Shown here: positions 18,187 to 27,078 of the stretch, one piece after another
How the letters are laid out: each line of letters starts with the position of its first letter
Numbering within the stretch: position 1 is the stretch's first letter
DNA from: a virus
DNA length: 64,000 bases
IMG/VR virus record: IMGVR_UViG_3300045120_000498
Coordinates: 32,001-96,000 of that record
Direction: 5' to 3' (one strand)
Program-made: the position numbers and the translations under genes
The notes under the pieces: generated by a model
What the model saw: the letters and a program-made list of their open reading frames with translations, nothing else
Told to the model about the DNA's origin: nothing
Database searches by the model: none

Positions 18187-18260
18187 TTCCGCGGCCACCC
18201 TTTCCTCAGTCCGCGATCCATCCGGCGCGAGTGCGGCGGAATCGTCGGGGAGCGGGATTC

Positions 18261-18346
18261 ACCGTACCTCACGGCGTGCGTATCCGCAACCCTCGTGGCC
18301 GCTATTTGCGGGATCGGCTGTCACCTGCTACGCACAACGTGCGCTA
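18261..18346. promoter_or_regulatory. Two boxes in opposite orientation
   Basis: Degenerate box 18265-18284 with -10 TACGGT; reverse-oriented box 18327-18346. Confidence 0.6.
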
Positions 18347-18547
18347 CAGGCGGCCGTACTCGTGGATCGTGTCCCACGCCAGGTACAGCGTCACCACGAA
18401 CGCGCCCAGCGCCCACACCTCCAGCAGCCGATCAAGCGAATGCGGATACGTCAGGCTCGACGCCCACACCGCCAGCGACGACAGCACCAGCGTGATCACG
18501 GCCGCGGCAACCACCCGCCGCCGTGCATACCGGTGCTCATGGATCAC
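18344..18547 (-). CDS. Small two-TM membrane protein
   Basis: Two hydrophobic helices. Confidence 0.65.
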   Translation of the reverse strand: MIHEHRYARRRVVAAAVITLVLSSLAVWASSLTYPHSLDRLLEVWALGAFVVTLYLAWDTIHEYGRL

Positions 18548-18983
18548 CCAGCGCCGCCTTGATCAGTTCCGCCTCCGCATCGAACGACGCCGCCTCGGCC
18601 GCGTCCGTCGCCCATTCCTGCTTCGCCGCGTAGATCGAGTTCACGATCCCCTGCCACGTCTCCCGCGTCGCCGTGATCGCCACCTCGTCCGTCGAGAGCG
18701 GCGGCACGCCGTCGCCGCTCGACCACTGGTACTTGCGCTCGAACACCGACTCCAGGCACGGGTAATACTCGCCCTGCGTCCCGCAGATCACCCAGTAGCC
18801 GACGGTCGCCGTCGCCTCGCCGGTGTCCGTCGGGATCACCAGTACCGTCTCCGGCTCCATCCCCGGCGCCGTCGAACGGTTCACCACGCGGCCGCCGCAC
18901 CACTCGGCGATGGCCTCCCAGTCGGCGTCGTCCGTCAACTGCACGGCCTCCACCTCAGCAGGCTTCGTCACGTAGCGATCCAT
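18537..18983 (-). CDS. Conserved phage hypothetical protein (KPxEVEAVQ...GEYYPC type)
   Basis: YVTKPAEVEAVQ...YWVICGTQGEYYPCLESVFERKY. Confidence 0.8.
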   Translation of the reverse strand: MDRYVTKPAEVEAVQLTDDADWEAIAEWCGGRVVNRSTAPGMEPETVLVIPTDTGEATATVGYWVICGTQGEYYPCLESVFERKYQWSSGDGVPPLSTDEVAITATRETWQGIVNSIYAAKQEWATDAAEAASFDAEAELIKAALGDP

Positions 18984-19079
18984 CGTTCCTCCCGGTGTGT
19001 TGCGAGGCGGAGCCTGGTACGTCGCAGCCTCGGCCGCGGCCCCTCCGGCAGGGAGGCTCGCCCCGCAGTGCCGGAAACC

Positions 19080-19400
19080 TCAGCGGCGCGCCATCAACTC
19101 GGCCATCGCGGCGTTCCGCGCCAGCGCGTACTTGTCGAACTCGACCTGAATCGCCGCGTGCGTGTCGCGGATGCCCTCGGCCAGCCGGTCGCGCAGACCG
19201 ACCAGCTTCTCGTGCCGCTGACGCTCCAGCGTGGACTTGCCCAGCGTCCGCCAGCCGTCCGTGCCGTGCAGCAGCAGGTCAACCGACTCCAGTTCCGCGG
19301 CCGCCTCGCGCGCGACCGCGAGCAGGTCGGTGATCGCGCCGAGCATGTCCTTCGTGAAGTCCACCCGCTCCTCGGGCATCGTGCCCTCGACGACGCTCAC
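19080..19400 (-). CDS. Helical hypothetical protein
   Basis: Coupled ORF. Confidence 0.65.
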   Translation of the reverse strand: MSVVEGTMPEERVDFTKDMLGAITDLLAVAREAAAELESVDLLLHGTDGWRTLGKSTLERQRHEKLVGLRDRLAEGIRDTHAAIQVEFDKYALARNAAMAELMARR

Positions 19401-19801
19401 GGCGCGTCTCCCTGCTCGTCTCCCGCATCGGGATCGACCGGAGCCACCGGCTCGGCCTCGTCCGAGCGTGGCGTCAGCGAGGCGTACACGTCCCGTCCGT
19501 GCGCGTTCACCTCCAGCACCATGCCCGTCGGCACCTCAGCCGCCGAATCGAGGAAGTCAGCGAACCGCTCCGCCCGGCTCGGATCACGGAACGACCGCAC
19601 CCGCGCCGTCCGCCCCGGCTGAAGCGTCAACGCCCGCACGATGGCCGCAGCCGACCGGCTGTCCGTCGTGCTCGCACCCTGATCGCGCCACTCGAACGAC
19701 GGCGGCAGGTTCTCGATGTCAGCCACCCCGGACCGGTCGCGCGCACGCGGGCGCCGACCACTTCCCGGAGCGGGCGCCTCGGCAGCGCCTCGTCTCGCCA
19801 T
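19397..19801 (-). CDS. Hypothetical protein, first gene after a boxed promoter
   Basis: GGAAAGG RBS. Confidence 0.65.
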   Translation of the reverse strand: MARRGAAEAPAPGSGRRPRARDRSGVADIENLPPSFEWRDQGASTTDSRSAAAIVRALTLQPGRTARVRSFRDPSRAERFADFLDSAAEVPTGMVLEVNAHGRDVYASLTPRSDEAEPVAPVDPDAGDEQGDAP

Positions 19802-19826
19802 ACGTGTTCCTTTCCTCGGACGCGCA

Positions 19827-19850
19827 ACACTAGCACGCGCCGTGTGTATC
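19827..19850 (-). promoter_or_regulatory. Promoter/operator box
   Basis: Box 19831-19850; -10 TAGTGT. Confidence 0.8.
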
Positions 19851-20185
19851 TAGCTGATCCTCCACACGTGCACGACCGTCCCCGACCACGGATCGGTCGT
19901 CGTGCCAATGTACGCCGCCGTGGGATCGGCCGTGACGAACTCGTCCGGCAGAAGCTCGCCGGTCGTCACGATCCGCAGCAGCACCGCCACGTCCGGTCGG
20001 TCCACCGGCACCAGCGCCCACGCCATCAGCCGCATCTTCCCCTCGACCGGCTGGAAGCCCACGTCCAGGAACCGCGCCGGAGCAGGCGCAATCACCTTCG
20101 CGACCAGCGCCCCGCCGTCCGGCGTGTCGTTCGCGTAGTCCGCGTCCGGGCCGGTCAGTTCGTACTTCCAGATCGCCAGCGTCAC
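19850..20185 (-). CDS. Conserved phage hypothetical protein
   Basis: IWKYEL...YIGT...VVHVW pattern. Confidence 0.7.
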   Translation of the reverse strand: MTLAIWKYELTGPDADYANDTPDGGALVAKVIAPAPARFLDVGFQPVEGKMRLMAWALVPVDRPDVAVLLRIVTTGELLPDEFVTADPTAAYIGTTTDPWSGTVVHVWRIS

Positions 20186-20189
20186 GCGC

Positions 20190-20486
20190 TCACCCCGCAG
20201 CGCCGGGCGGCGCCTCGTCCAACTCGCCCATGATGTCGGACTCGTCCATCTCGCCCGACCCCAGATCGGACGGCGCAGGCTCGATCACCCGCGCGATCAG
20301 GCCCATGAACTCCATCCCGTGCGGCGCCGCCAGCGGATCGGTGACGGTGATGATCGTCTTGCCCTTGCCCGTCTCGATGATCTGCGGACCGGCCGCCGCG
20401 AAGCCGACCACGATCCGCTCGACCTGATTCGTGCCGTCGGAGTAGACCGCCGTCATCGCGATGCACGGCGCGAAGATGAACGTCAT
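20190..20486 (-). CDS. Hypothetical protein
   Basis: GGGAGGG RBS. Confidence 0.65.
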   Translation of the reverse strand: MTFIFAPCIAMTAVYSDGTNQVERIVVGFAAAGPQIIETGKGKTIITVTDPLAAPHGMEFMGLIARVIEPAPSDLGSGEMDESDIMGELDEAPPGAAG

Positions 20487-20680
20487 CGCTCCCTCCCCTG
20501 CTCGGTTGCACGAGCGACCATACCAGCGGCGTTCGCGCGCGGCGGATGCGAGTCAAGCAGCGGCCGCGGCAACGCCCCGACGATCATGCTCGTGCACACC
20601 CGGCCCGGCTTCGCGCCGCACACCGGGCACGTCACCGTCAGCGCCAACGCCCGCCGTGCTCGCGACGCGCCCACGCTCAC
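20483..20680 (-). CDS. Small zinc-finger protein (CxxC-x7-C...H)
   Basis: CPVCGAKPGRVC...SHPPR. Confidence 0.65.
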   Translation of the reverse strand: MSVGASRARRALALTVTCPVCGAKPGRVCTSMIVGALPRPLLDSHPPRANAAGMVARATEQGRER

Positions 20681-21006
20681 TCGACCGCCAGGATCGCGCG
20701 CGCGGCCCGGCCACGCTCCGCGTCCGCCTCCAACTCGCGGCACTCATCCGCCAGCCGCAGCACCAGCGCCGCCAGGTCGTCCAGCCGGTCAGCCAGGGTG
20801 CTCGCAACACGATCCCCGTTCGACCGCACCTGCGGCCGCGCGACCTGCCCAGTGCGCGTCAACGAGTAGTACCGCTGCGCGATGGTCAGCGGCTTCACGC
20901 CGGTCGCAATCGCCACCCGGTTGATCGCCGCTTTCGGTCCCAGCCCATCGTTGATCAGGTCGGCCACCCGCTGCGCCGTCAGCAGCGTCGATTCGTTCGC
21001 GCTCAC
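20677..21006 (-). CDS. Putative HTH + coiled-coil protein
   Basis: AAINRVAIATGVKPLTIAQRYY helix-turn-helix-like segment. Confidence 0.55.
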   Translation of the reverse strand: MSANESTLLTAQRVADLINDGLGPKAAINRVAIATGVKPLTIAQRYYSLTRTGQVARPQVRSNGDRVASTLADRLDDLAALVLRLADECRELEADAERGRAARAILAVE

Positions 21007-21162
21007 GACGACACGCTCCGCAGCGCCACCAGCGTGAACACGGTCGCCATCACGACCACGCTCGCCATCCACCCCGGCTTCACGCCCAGGCCGCGATAGA
21101 CCAGCCCGACGCCCGCGCCCAGCGCCAGCGCGACGGCCACCTCGACCACGCCCACCGCCACG

Positions 21163-21675
21163 TCACGCATCGACAACCGCCCCCGCTCCGCACGCGAACG
21201 CCGTCACCGCGACGACCTCCTTGTCGTCCCACTTGCGGCCCGCCAGCGTCAACGCCAACTCGCCCGCCAGCGCCAGCGCCGCGTTCTTCAGGCAGCCCTT
21301 CAACCGGCGGCCCGGCATCGTCCCCGGATTCGCCCACCAGTCGGCGAACTTCCGCCGCGTGTAGGTCGCCTTCGCCTGCGCGTTCACGAGCAGCTTGCGC
21401 GCGCCGCACTGGCACGCCTCGATGCGCGTCCCGCGCGCTCGCGCGATCCCGCTCGCGACCTGGTACTGCACCCGCCGCGCGTTCGCGGCCAGCAGCACGT
21501 CCACGTAGTTGCCGCCGCACACCGTCACGCGCGCCCGGTGCGTGAACGGATGCAGGAAGCAGAGTCGGTTCTGCTCGACCGACCGTTGCAGCGCCGTGCT
21601 CGCGTGCGCGGTGCCCGCCATCGGCACCGCCAGTGTTGCGAGAGCGAGCGTCATCGTCACCACTCGGCGTGTCAC
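21163..21675 (-). CDS. Exported Cys-containing protein with hydrophobic C-terminal helices
   Basis: Signal peptide ...LALATLAVPMAGTAHA-S; six Cys; start uncertain. Confidence 0.65.
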   Translation of the reverse strand: MTRRVVTMTLALATLAVPMAGTAHASTALQRSVEQNRLCFLHPFTHRARVTVCGGNYVDVLLAANARRVQYQVASGIARARGTRIEACQCGARKLLVNAQAKATYTRRKFADWWANPGTMPGRRLKGCLKNAALALAGELALTLAGRKWDDKEVVAVTAFACGAGAVVDA

Positions 21676-21710
21676 GATGCGCACCTCATCGTCCGGGTCA
21701 TGTAGACCAT

Positions 21711-21774
21711 CCTCTCCGCGGGAACCGCTCCCCGCCTTGCACACCCGCTCAGGCTAGCACACGTTGTGCGTAGC
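21711..21774 (-). promoter_or_regulatory. Promoter/operator box + hairpin-SD leader
   Basis: Box 21755-21774; -10 TAGCCT. Confidence 0.75.
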
Positions 21775-21785
21775 CGCTCGCCGGG

Positions 21786-22112
21786 TTAGTGCGACACCCG
21801 CGTCGGCCACGACCACGTGCCCAGCGGTGCCTCCGCAGCCTCCACGTGCGACGCCTCGACGCCCTCCTTCCAGAGCACGTCGTTGCCGTCCAGGAACACC
21901 TGAAGGTTCTCCGTCGGATCGGCCACCCGTACCACCATCGCAGCGAACACGTCGCCCGGCGCCACCCGCGCGCCCACGTGCAACTGCTCGCCGGTCGCCA
22001 GGTCCCCCCGGCCCATCGTCGCCCGCCGCCGGTTCACCGCCTGCGCGTCGCCGTCCGTCAGCTTGTAGTGCACGATCCGGCCCAGCGACGGACCCAGCGA
22101 CGGCGCCATCAC
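21786..22112 (-). CDS. Conserved phage hypothetical protein (PSxGRIVHY...NLQVFLDG...WxWP type)
   Basis: Motifs recalled from actinophage proteins. Confidence 0.8.
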   Translation of the reverse strand: MMAPSLGPSLGRIVHYKLTDGDAQAVNRRRATMGRGDLATGEQLHVGARVAPGDVFAAMVVRVADPTENLQVFLDGNDVLWKEGVEASHVEAAEAPLGTWSWPTRVSH

Positions 22113-22200
22113 TGCACCCCGAACAGCGCAGGCCCCAGGAACAGCAGCCAGTAGACCGCGAGCGCCAGCACGACCAGCCCGAAGAACGCCACCCGTTCGA

Positions 22201-22533
22201 TCACGCGGGCACCCACCGCCCGTCCGTGATGAAGCCGTGGTCGCCGCACGAGTTGCACAGCAGGCTCGGCGTGAAGGTCGGCGGGTCGAGCGACACCACG
22301 TCCCACGTCGCCGCGTACGGGTCGATCCTGCGTTGCGCGTCCGTCGGGAACGTGATCGCGCCGAAGCACTCCGCGCCGGTCGGCGTCAGGTGCCGCACCG
22401 TCGCGCCGTACCACGGCTCGTCCGCCACGTCCGCGTACTGCGGATTCAGCTTGCGGTCCGGCCGCCACGACGACCACCGCATCGCGTGATCATGGCCCAG
22501 GTCGAGCCACCCGCTGTCACCGCCGTCCGCCAC
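22201..22533 (-). CDS. DUF6527-like small metal-binding protein
   Basis: PTFTPSLLCNSCGDHGFITDGRW. Confidence 0.65.
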   Translation of the reverse strand: MADGGDSGWLDLGHDHAMRWSSWRPDRKLNPQYADVADEPWYGATVRHLTPTGAECFGAITFPTDAQRRIDPYAATWDVVSLDPPTFTPSLLCNSCGDHGFITDGRWVPA

Positions 22534-22545
22534 CCTCCGATCATG

Positions 22546-23010
22546 TCATTTGCCGGTGCCCAACTGCAACCGTCCGCCGTCTCGCAACACAGGGATCAGC
22601 GTCTCCCCGACGGTCGTGCCGTCCGGCGCCTCGATGAAGCTCAGGAACACGTCCTCGAACCGCACCAGCCCGAACTCGGCCGCCTTCAGCGTCGCCTCCA
22701 GGTAGTGCGCGATCCCACGCCATGCCTGCCGGTCGCGCTGCTCGGGCGAGAACCGCCAGCCGGTGCCGCGCGACAGCCGCTCCGGCGCCAGCGGGTTCAC
22801 CCGAATCCGCACCACCATCTTCACCAGTTCGCCGTCCGACTCGCGCAGGATCGGCCACACGAACCGGCAGAACAGCGCCCGCGGCTCCTCCCACGTCTCG
22901 TCGAACGAGACGCCCAGCGCGCCCGCCTGCTGGAGCCGCTTCCGAATCTGGCCCTGCGACCGCTCGATGGACACCGCCGTGTCCTCGTAGGGCGACTGCA
23001 CCGGACTCAT
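22546..23010 (-). CDS. Conserved phage hypothetical protein
   Basis: YEDTAVSIERSQGQI...LKAAEFGLVRFEDVFL...PDGTTVGE. Confidence 0.75.
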   Translation of the reverse strand: MSPVQSPYEDTAVSIERSQGQIRKRLQQAGALGVSFDETWEEPRALFCRFVWPILRESDGELVKMVVRIRVNPLAPERLSRGTGWRFSPEQRDRQAWRGIAHYLEATLKAAEFGLVRFEDVFLSFIEAPDGTTVGETLIPVLRDGGRLQLGTGK

Positions 23011-23462
23011 CCCGCCTCCCTCCGGCGGCGGCGCTCGTCGTACCAGCGGTGCCCCTTCAGCGTCGCGATCCACACGATGGCCTCCGACCCCGTGTCCGTC
23101 AGGCGCGTCCGCTCAGAGTTCATCACCAGGCCGTCCCTCACCAGGTCGTTCTTCCGCGTCCGGTGCGCGTTCGTCTTGATCCCCGGGATCAACTCCATCT
23201 CGTTCTGCGTGTAGCCCTGGTGGCCGCTCTCCACAATCGCCCGCAGCAGCAGCCCAGCCTGCGCCTCCCAGCCCGGCAGACGACGCGCCGCCGCGGCGCG
23301 CTCCGTCGGCTGCGGATTGCGACGCATCGTGCCGGTGCTGCCGGGCCGCAACTGCGCCGCCTCGGCGTCCAGGCCGTCCGCGATCCGCACCATCATCTCC
23401 GCGATGTCGGGGTGGAAGATGCACCGCAGCGCACCCTCGCGTAGCTCATCGGCATAGCTCAT
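23007..23462 (-). CDS. Winged-helix DNA-binding protein
   Basis: GYTQNEME...RTRKNDLVRDGLVMNSERTR...AIVW. Confidence 0.7.
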   Translation of the reverse strand: MSYADELREGALRCIFHPDIAEMMVRIADGLDAEAAQLRPGSTGTMRRNPQPTERAAAARRLPGWEAQAGLLLRAIVESGHQGYTQNEMELIPGIKTNAHRTRKNDLVRDGLVMNSERTRLTDTGSEAIVWIATLKGHRWYDERRRRREAG

Positions 23463-23606
23463 CGGGCCGCCGCCCTCCTCTCGGTCAAAGCTCGTAGAAC
23501 ACGATCATCACGGCCCAGACGATTGTGGCTACCGCGCAGGCGAACACGAACGCCTCGGCCGGGTCAAGGCCCGTGTCCAGCCACTTCCGCCAGTAGTCGC
23601 GAAGCG

Positions 23607-23894
23607 TCACGTCTCCAGCCCCGGCTCGATCCGGTCCAGCACCTCCACCAGCCGGAACCGGCGAAGCTCGATGTGGTTCGGCGCCATCGCCGCCATCTGC
23701 TGCGCCGCCTCCCGGTACTGCTCCACCCGCCGCCGGTCGGCACCGATCAGCGGCATCGGCCCGAGCGCCGTCATCGTCGCCAGGATGCCCTCGTTGTCGT
23801 CGTTCGGGTCAAGCATCACCCACGCGAACACCTCCGTGATTCGGTCGCCGCGGCGCGTGCCGCCGTCCCCGTCGCCGTAGCTACGGACGTTCAT
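23607..23894 (-). CDS. Hypothetical protein
   Basis: VFAWVMLDPNDDNEGI...PLIGAD. Confidence 0.65.
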   Translation of the reverse strand: MNVRSYGDGDGGTRRGDRITEVFAWVMLDPNDDNEGILATMTALGPMPLIGADRRRVEQYREAAQQMAAMAPNHIELRRFRLVEVLDRIEPGLET

Positions 23895-24319
23895 GCCTGC
23901 CTCGCAGGGGTGTTGATCTGGAACAGGCCGCGATCCTGCGACGGCTCGCGCACCGCGAACACCCGCACGTGGTTCATGAACATCTGCCGCACCGGGAACC
24001 CGGCCGACACCTCGTCCGTGTAGACCTGGAGCCGCGTCACCGTCCAGCGCCCGCCGTGCCGGTCGGTCACCGTGTCGCCCGGCTCCACGTGCACGATCCG
24101 GCCGTAGCCGCCGGACGGGATCGACCGGTCGCACCACGGCGCCTCGAACGGCAGCCCGTCGTAGATCAGGAACTCGCCCGGCTCGCGGTGCGTCCACGTC
24201 TCCGACAGGCCACCCATCCGCTGGCGTGCTCGCGCCGCCGCGCGGAGCCGCCACCTGCCCCACCAGGACAGCCAGTCCGGATGGATCGGGTCACCCCGCG
24301 GCACGATCCGCCCCCTCAT
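23891..24319 (-). CDS. Hypothetical protein
   Basis: ORF track. Confidence 0.6.
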   Translation of the reverse strand: MRGRIVPRGDPIHPDWLSWWGRWRLRAAARARQRMGGLSETWTHREPGEFLIYDGLPFEAPWCDRSIPSGGYGRIVHVEPGDTVTDRHGGRWTVTRLQVYTDEVSAGFPVRQMFMNHVRVFAVREPSQDRGLFQINTPARQA

Positions 24320-24521
24320 CGAAGAAGTCCAGGCCCCGGCCCATCGTGCCGCGCAGGTCGATCCACCCGACGTACGTCTCGCCGTCTCGCAACACGACCA
24401 GGTTCCCGAGTTCGTTGCCCATCACCACGTCGCCCGGCCGCAGCCGCTCATCGGCCAGCACCTCGACCAACTCCCCGATGGTGAGCGGCTGGAACGGCAC
24501 GCTGGCAGGCCAGTCGGTCAC
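24291..24521 (-). CDS. Small hypothetical protein, paralogue of 13186..13362
   Basis: See paralogue alignment. Confidence 0.65.
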   Translation of the reverse strand: MTDWPASVPFQPLTIGELVEVLADERLRPGDVVMGNELGNLVVLRDGETYVGWIDLRGTMGRGLDFFDEGADRAAG

Positions 24522-25192
24522 GTGCTCGACGACGGCTTCGTCGTGACCGTCTCCGCCTCGTCCTCGTCCGGCACCGCCTCCGGCTTCACGAAGGCGTCGT
24601 CCTGCGCCTTGCCGCTACGCAGGTAGCTCCGCGTGTCGATCACGCCGCGGTCACCCATGTAGCCCATCCCCTGCGCCGACACGTTCCCAGCCCCGGCGCC
24701 CTTTGTCATGTTCCGGCTCGACACCGACTCCAACTCGGCCGCCAGGAACACGAACGTCCACCGGCCCGTCTTCGTCCGCTTCCGCATCACCTTCTGGAGC
24801 CGCGCCCAGCCGTCCTTGTCCGCGTCGAACTCGGTGCTCGCGTTCTCCTGCCCGTCGGTGATCACGACCACCAGCGTGCGGCTGTCGTCAGCGTCCGTCT
24901 TGTCCAGCTTCCGGATCATCTGCGCCGTCGCGTCGTACAGCGCCGTCGAACCGCGCGGCTGCACCTCCAGGCCCGACCAGTCGTCGAGCGGCTTGCGCTT
25001 CTCGTGCTCGAACTGCTCGTCGAAGTAGACGACGCGCATGTCCGTGCGCTCCGACCCGGGCGCGCCCTGCACGCCCTCCAGCCACTTCGCCAGGTCCTTC
25101 GTCGCGTGCGGATTCGTCCACCGCATCGACCCGGAACGGTCGATCACCAGCCCGATGTGCGTCTCGCCCTCGAAGCCTTCGTCCGTGCTCAT
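24518..25192 (-). CDS. von Willebrand factor A (vWA) domain protein
   Basis: IDRSGSM MIDAS motif, TALYDA, VVITDGQENAS. Confidence 0.9.
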   Translation of the reverse strand: MSTDEGFEGETHIGLVIDRSGSMRWTNPHATKDLAKWLEGVQGAPGSERTDMRVVYFDEQFEHEKRKPLDDWSGLEVQPRGSTALYDATAQMIRKLDKTDADDSRTLVVVITDGQENASTEFDADKDGWARLQKVMRKRTKTGRWTFVFLAAELESVSSRNMTKGAGAGNVSAQGMGYMGDRGVIDTRSYLRSGKAQDDAFVKPEAVPDEDEAETVTTKPSSST

Positions 25193-25204
25193 GTCGTGCT
25201 CCCT

Positions 25205-25477
25205 TCAGCCCTTCCCGGGCATCCCAACGAACCCCAGGTCCTTGCCGTTCGCGCGGAAGATCGCGCGCAGGTGCATGATCAGGTCAGCCATCGCCGTCGC
25301 GTCGTCCGCGTAGCCGTGCATCACCAGCCCGCCCCGCTTCTCGTCTTGCAGGAACACGATGCACTGCACGTCCTCGCCGTTCTCCGGCTGCGCGACCAGC
25401 GCCTCGATCATCGCGTCGCACAGCCGCGTCAGCCGATCCACCGGCTCGGATGTCCGGGTCGGTCGTTCCTCAGCCAT
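25205..25477 (-). CDS. Hypothetical protein
   Basis: ORF track, coupled. Confidence 0.65.
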   Translation of the reverse strand: MAEERPTRTSEPVDRLTRLCDAMIEALVAQPENGEDVQCIVFLQDEKRGGLVMHGYADDATAMADLIMHLRAIFRANGKDLGFVGMPGKG

Positions 25478-25932
25478 CAGATTTCTCCCATCTCCCGGCC
25501 ATGCTCCCGGATCAGCCCCGCCAGCGGGTGCCCCTCGGCCAGCAGCGCCTCGACCAGCGCGTCATACCGCGCGACCGCCTCCGGCGACTTCCGCACGTCC
25601 CGCATCTCGCCGGTCGTCGCGACCTCCTCGGACTTCAGGCGCCGCTGCACATGCACCGCCGTGCCGCTGCCCGGCAGCACCCACTCGCCTGCCCGGTGAT
25701 CGCCCACGCCACGCAGCATGTGCCGCGCCATCGCCTCGCTCGACACGCTCGACTTGCCGATGGCGCTCGCGTGCCAAACTGGCCCGCCCAGGTCGCGCTC
25801 GATTCACTCATAGCCCGCGTTCACCGTCAGCACGTGCGTCCCCGAACCGCTCACCCACCCGAACCGCGGATGGATCGTCTCGGCCGCCAGCAGGCAGAAG
25901 TTCCCGAGCGCCCTGATCTGCTCCGGCGTCAT
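25477..25932 (-). pseudogene. 151-codon gene with one in-frame TGA (pseudogene, readthrough or sequencing error)
   Basis: MTPEQIRALG...VNAGYE*IERDLGGPVWHASA...; TGA at 25804-25806; same frame and codon style on both sides. Confidence 0.6.
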
Positions 25933-26026
25933 CGCCGCACCGTCGTTTCAGTTCCGTTCGAGCCGTCATTTCGGTTCCGCACGTCGCGGCCGCACCCGAA
26001 CCCGACCACGAACGCGGACGACGCGC

Positions 26027-26299
26027 TCACCCTCGGAACTCCAGGGCGCGGTAGGCGTGATCGAGCACGACCACCTTCTGCCAGCGCGGCTGTGCCCCCT
26101 CAACCTGCTTGATCAGCGCGCGGAGCGCCGCCTCCAGCACGGCCTCGCGGGCGGTAGGCGACTGGCCCGGGACGAGCAGCGGCACTTCGATCATCTCGAC
26201 GGGGCACCATCCTTCGTCGTCCTCGTGGTCGCCCGTCAGGTCGTAGCCCGAGACGTGACGGCAGTAGGGGCACCACCAGGCGGTAGGCGACTCAGCCAT
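26027..26299 (-). CDS. CxxC hypothetical protein sharing a module with 8545..9030
   Basis: PTAWWCPYC...IEVPLLVPG. Confidence 0.65.
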   Translation of the reverse strand: MAESPTAWWCPYCRHVSGYDLTGDHEDDEGWCPVEMIEVPLLVPGQSPTAREAVLEAALRALIKQVEGAQPRWQKVVVLDHAYRALEFRG

Positions 26300-26838
26300 C
26301 ACGCCGTCGCCCGCCACTCGCTCGCCCACAGGAAGTCGATTGAGCAGATCATCGCGCACTCCGCGTCCTCCACCCGGTCGCCGACCATCAGCGCCAGGTG
26401 CGGCGGATAGAACTCGCGGTGGATCGGCGCCATGATCAGCCCCGCCTCGATCAGCAGGCCCGGCGCAGGCTTCCGGCACCAGCATCGCGCGTACTCGGGA
26501 TCAGCCGCGTCCGGGTGATGCGCGCAGACCATCATCCGGTCGAACAGGCGCTCGGCCTGCCGCTGCGTCTCCACCATCGCCAGCATCACGTCCGCCAGCG
26601 TCACCAGGCCGAGCGCGACGCCGCCCTGATTCGACACGCCCACGATCCGACCGCCGCGATCCTTCCACCGGCGCATCAGCACCACGGCCTCCGGGAACAC
26701 GCGCACGTCCTCGGGGCCGTTCACGAACCGGCCCAGCGGGTCGTCCTTGCCCTCCCGCACCGTGCCGTCGATGTCGAGGTACAGCACCGGCGTCGCCTTC
26801 CCGTGCGGGGAATCCGCATGAGCTTGGATCGTGCTCAC
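26299..26838 (-). CDS. HAD-IIIA phosphatase (GmhB/HisB-N/PNKP-like)
   Basis: LDIDGT, VSNQGG, CWCRKP, MVGDRVED. Confidence 0.88.
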   Translation of the reverse strand: MSTIQAHADSPHGKATPVLYLDIDGTVREGKDDPLGRFVNGPEDVRVFPEAVVLMRRWKDRGGRIVGVSNQGGVALGLVTLADVMLAMVETQRQAERLFDRMMVCAHHPDAADPEYARCWCRKPAPGLLIEAGLIMAPIHREFYPPHLALMVGDRVEDAECAMICSIDFLWASEWRATA

Positions 26839-27078
26839 TCAGCCACCACGCAGCCGCTCTGCGTCCGACGGCGACAGCAGCCCCTCGCGATCCGCTCGCA
26901 ACACCGCCAGCGCCGACCACAGGCACGCCGCATCCTCCACCGCGGACATCGCCATCACCTGCGCTCGACCCTCCTGCGTCTCCGCCGCGTTCGCCATCGT
27001 CGAGTACGTGTTCCACGACGACCGCTCACCGCGAAACCACGCCCGCGCCTCGTCCACCCGCACCTGGATGTCGGTCAC
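26839..27078 (-). CDS. Hypothetical protein
   Basis: GTGA overlap start. Confidence 0.55.
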   Translation of the reverse strand: MTDIQVRVDEARAWFRGERSSWNTYSTMANAAETQEGRAQVMAMSAVEDAACLWSALAVLRADREGLLSPSDAERLRGG

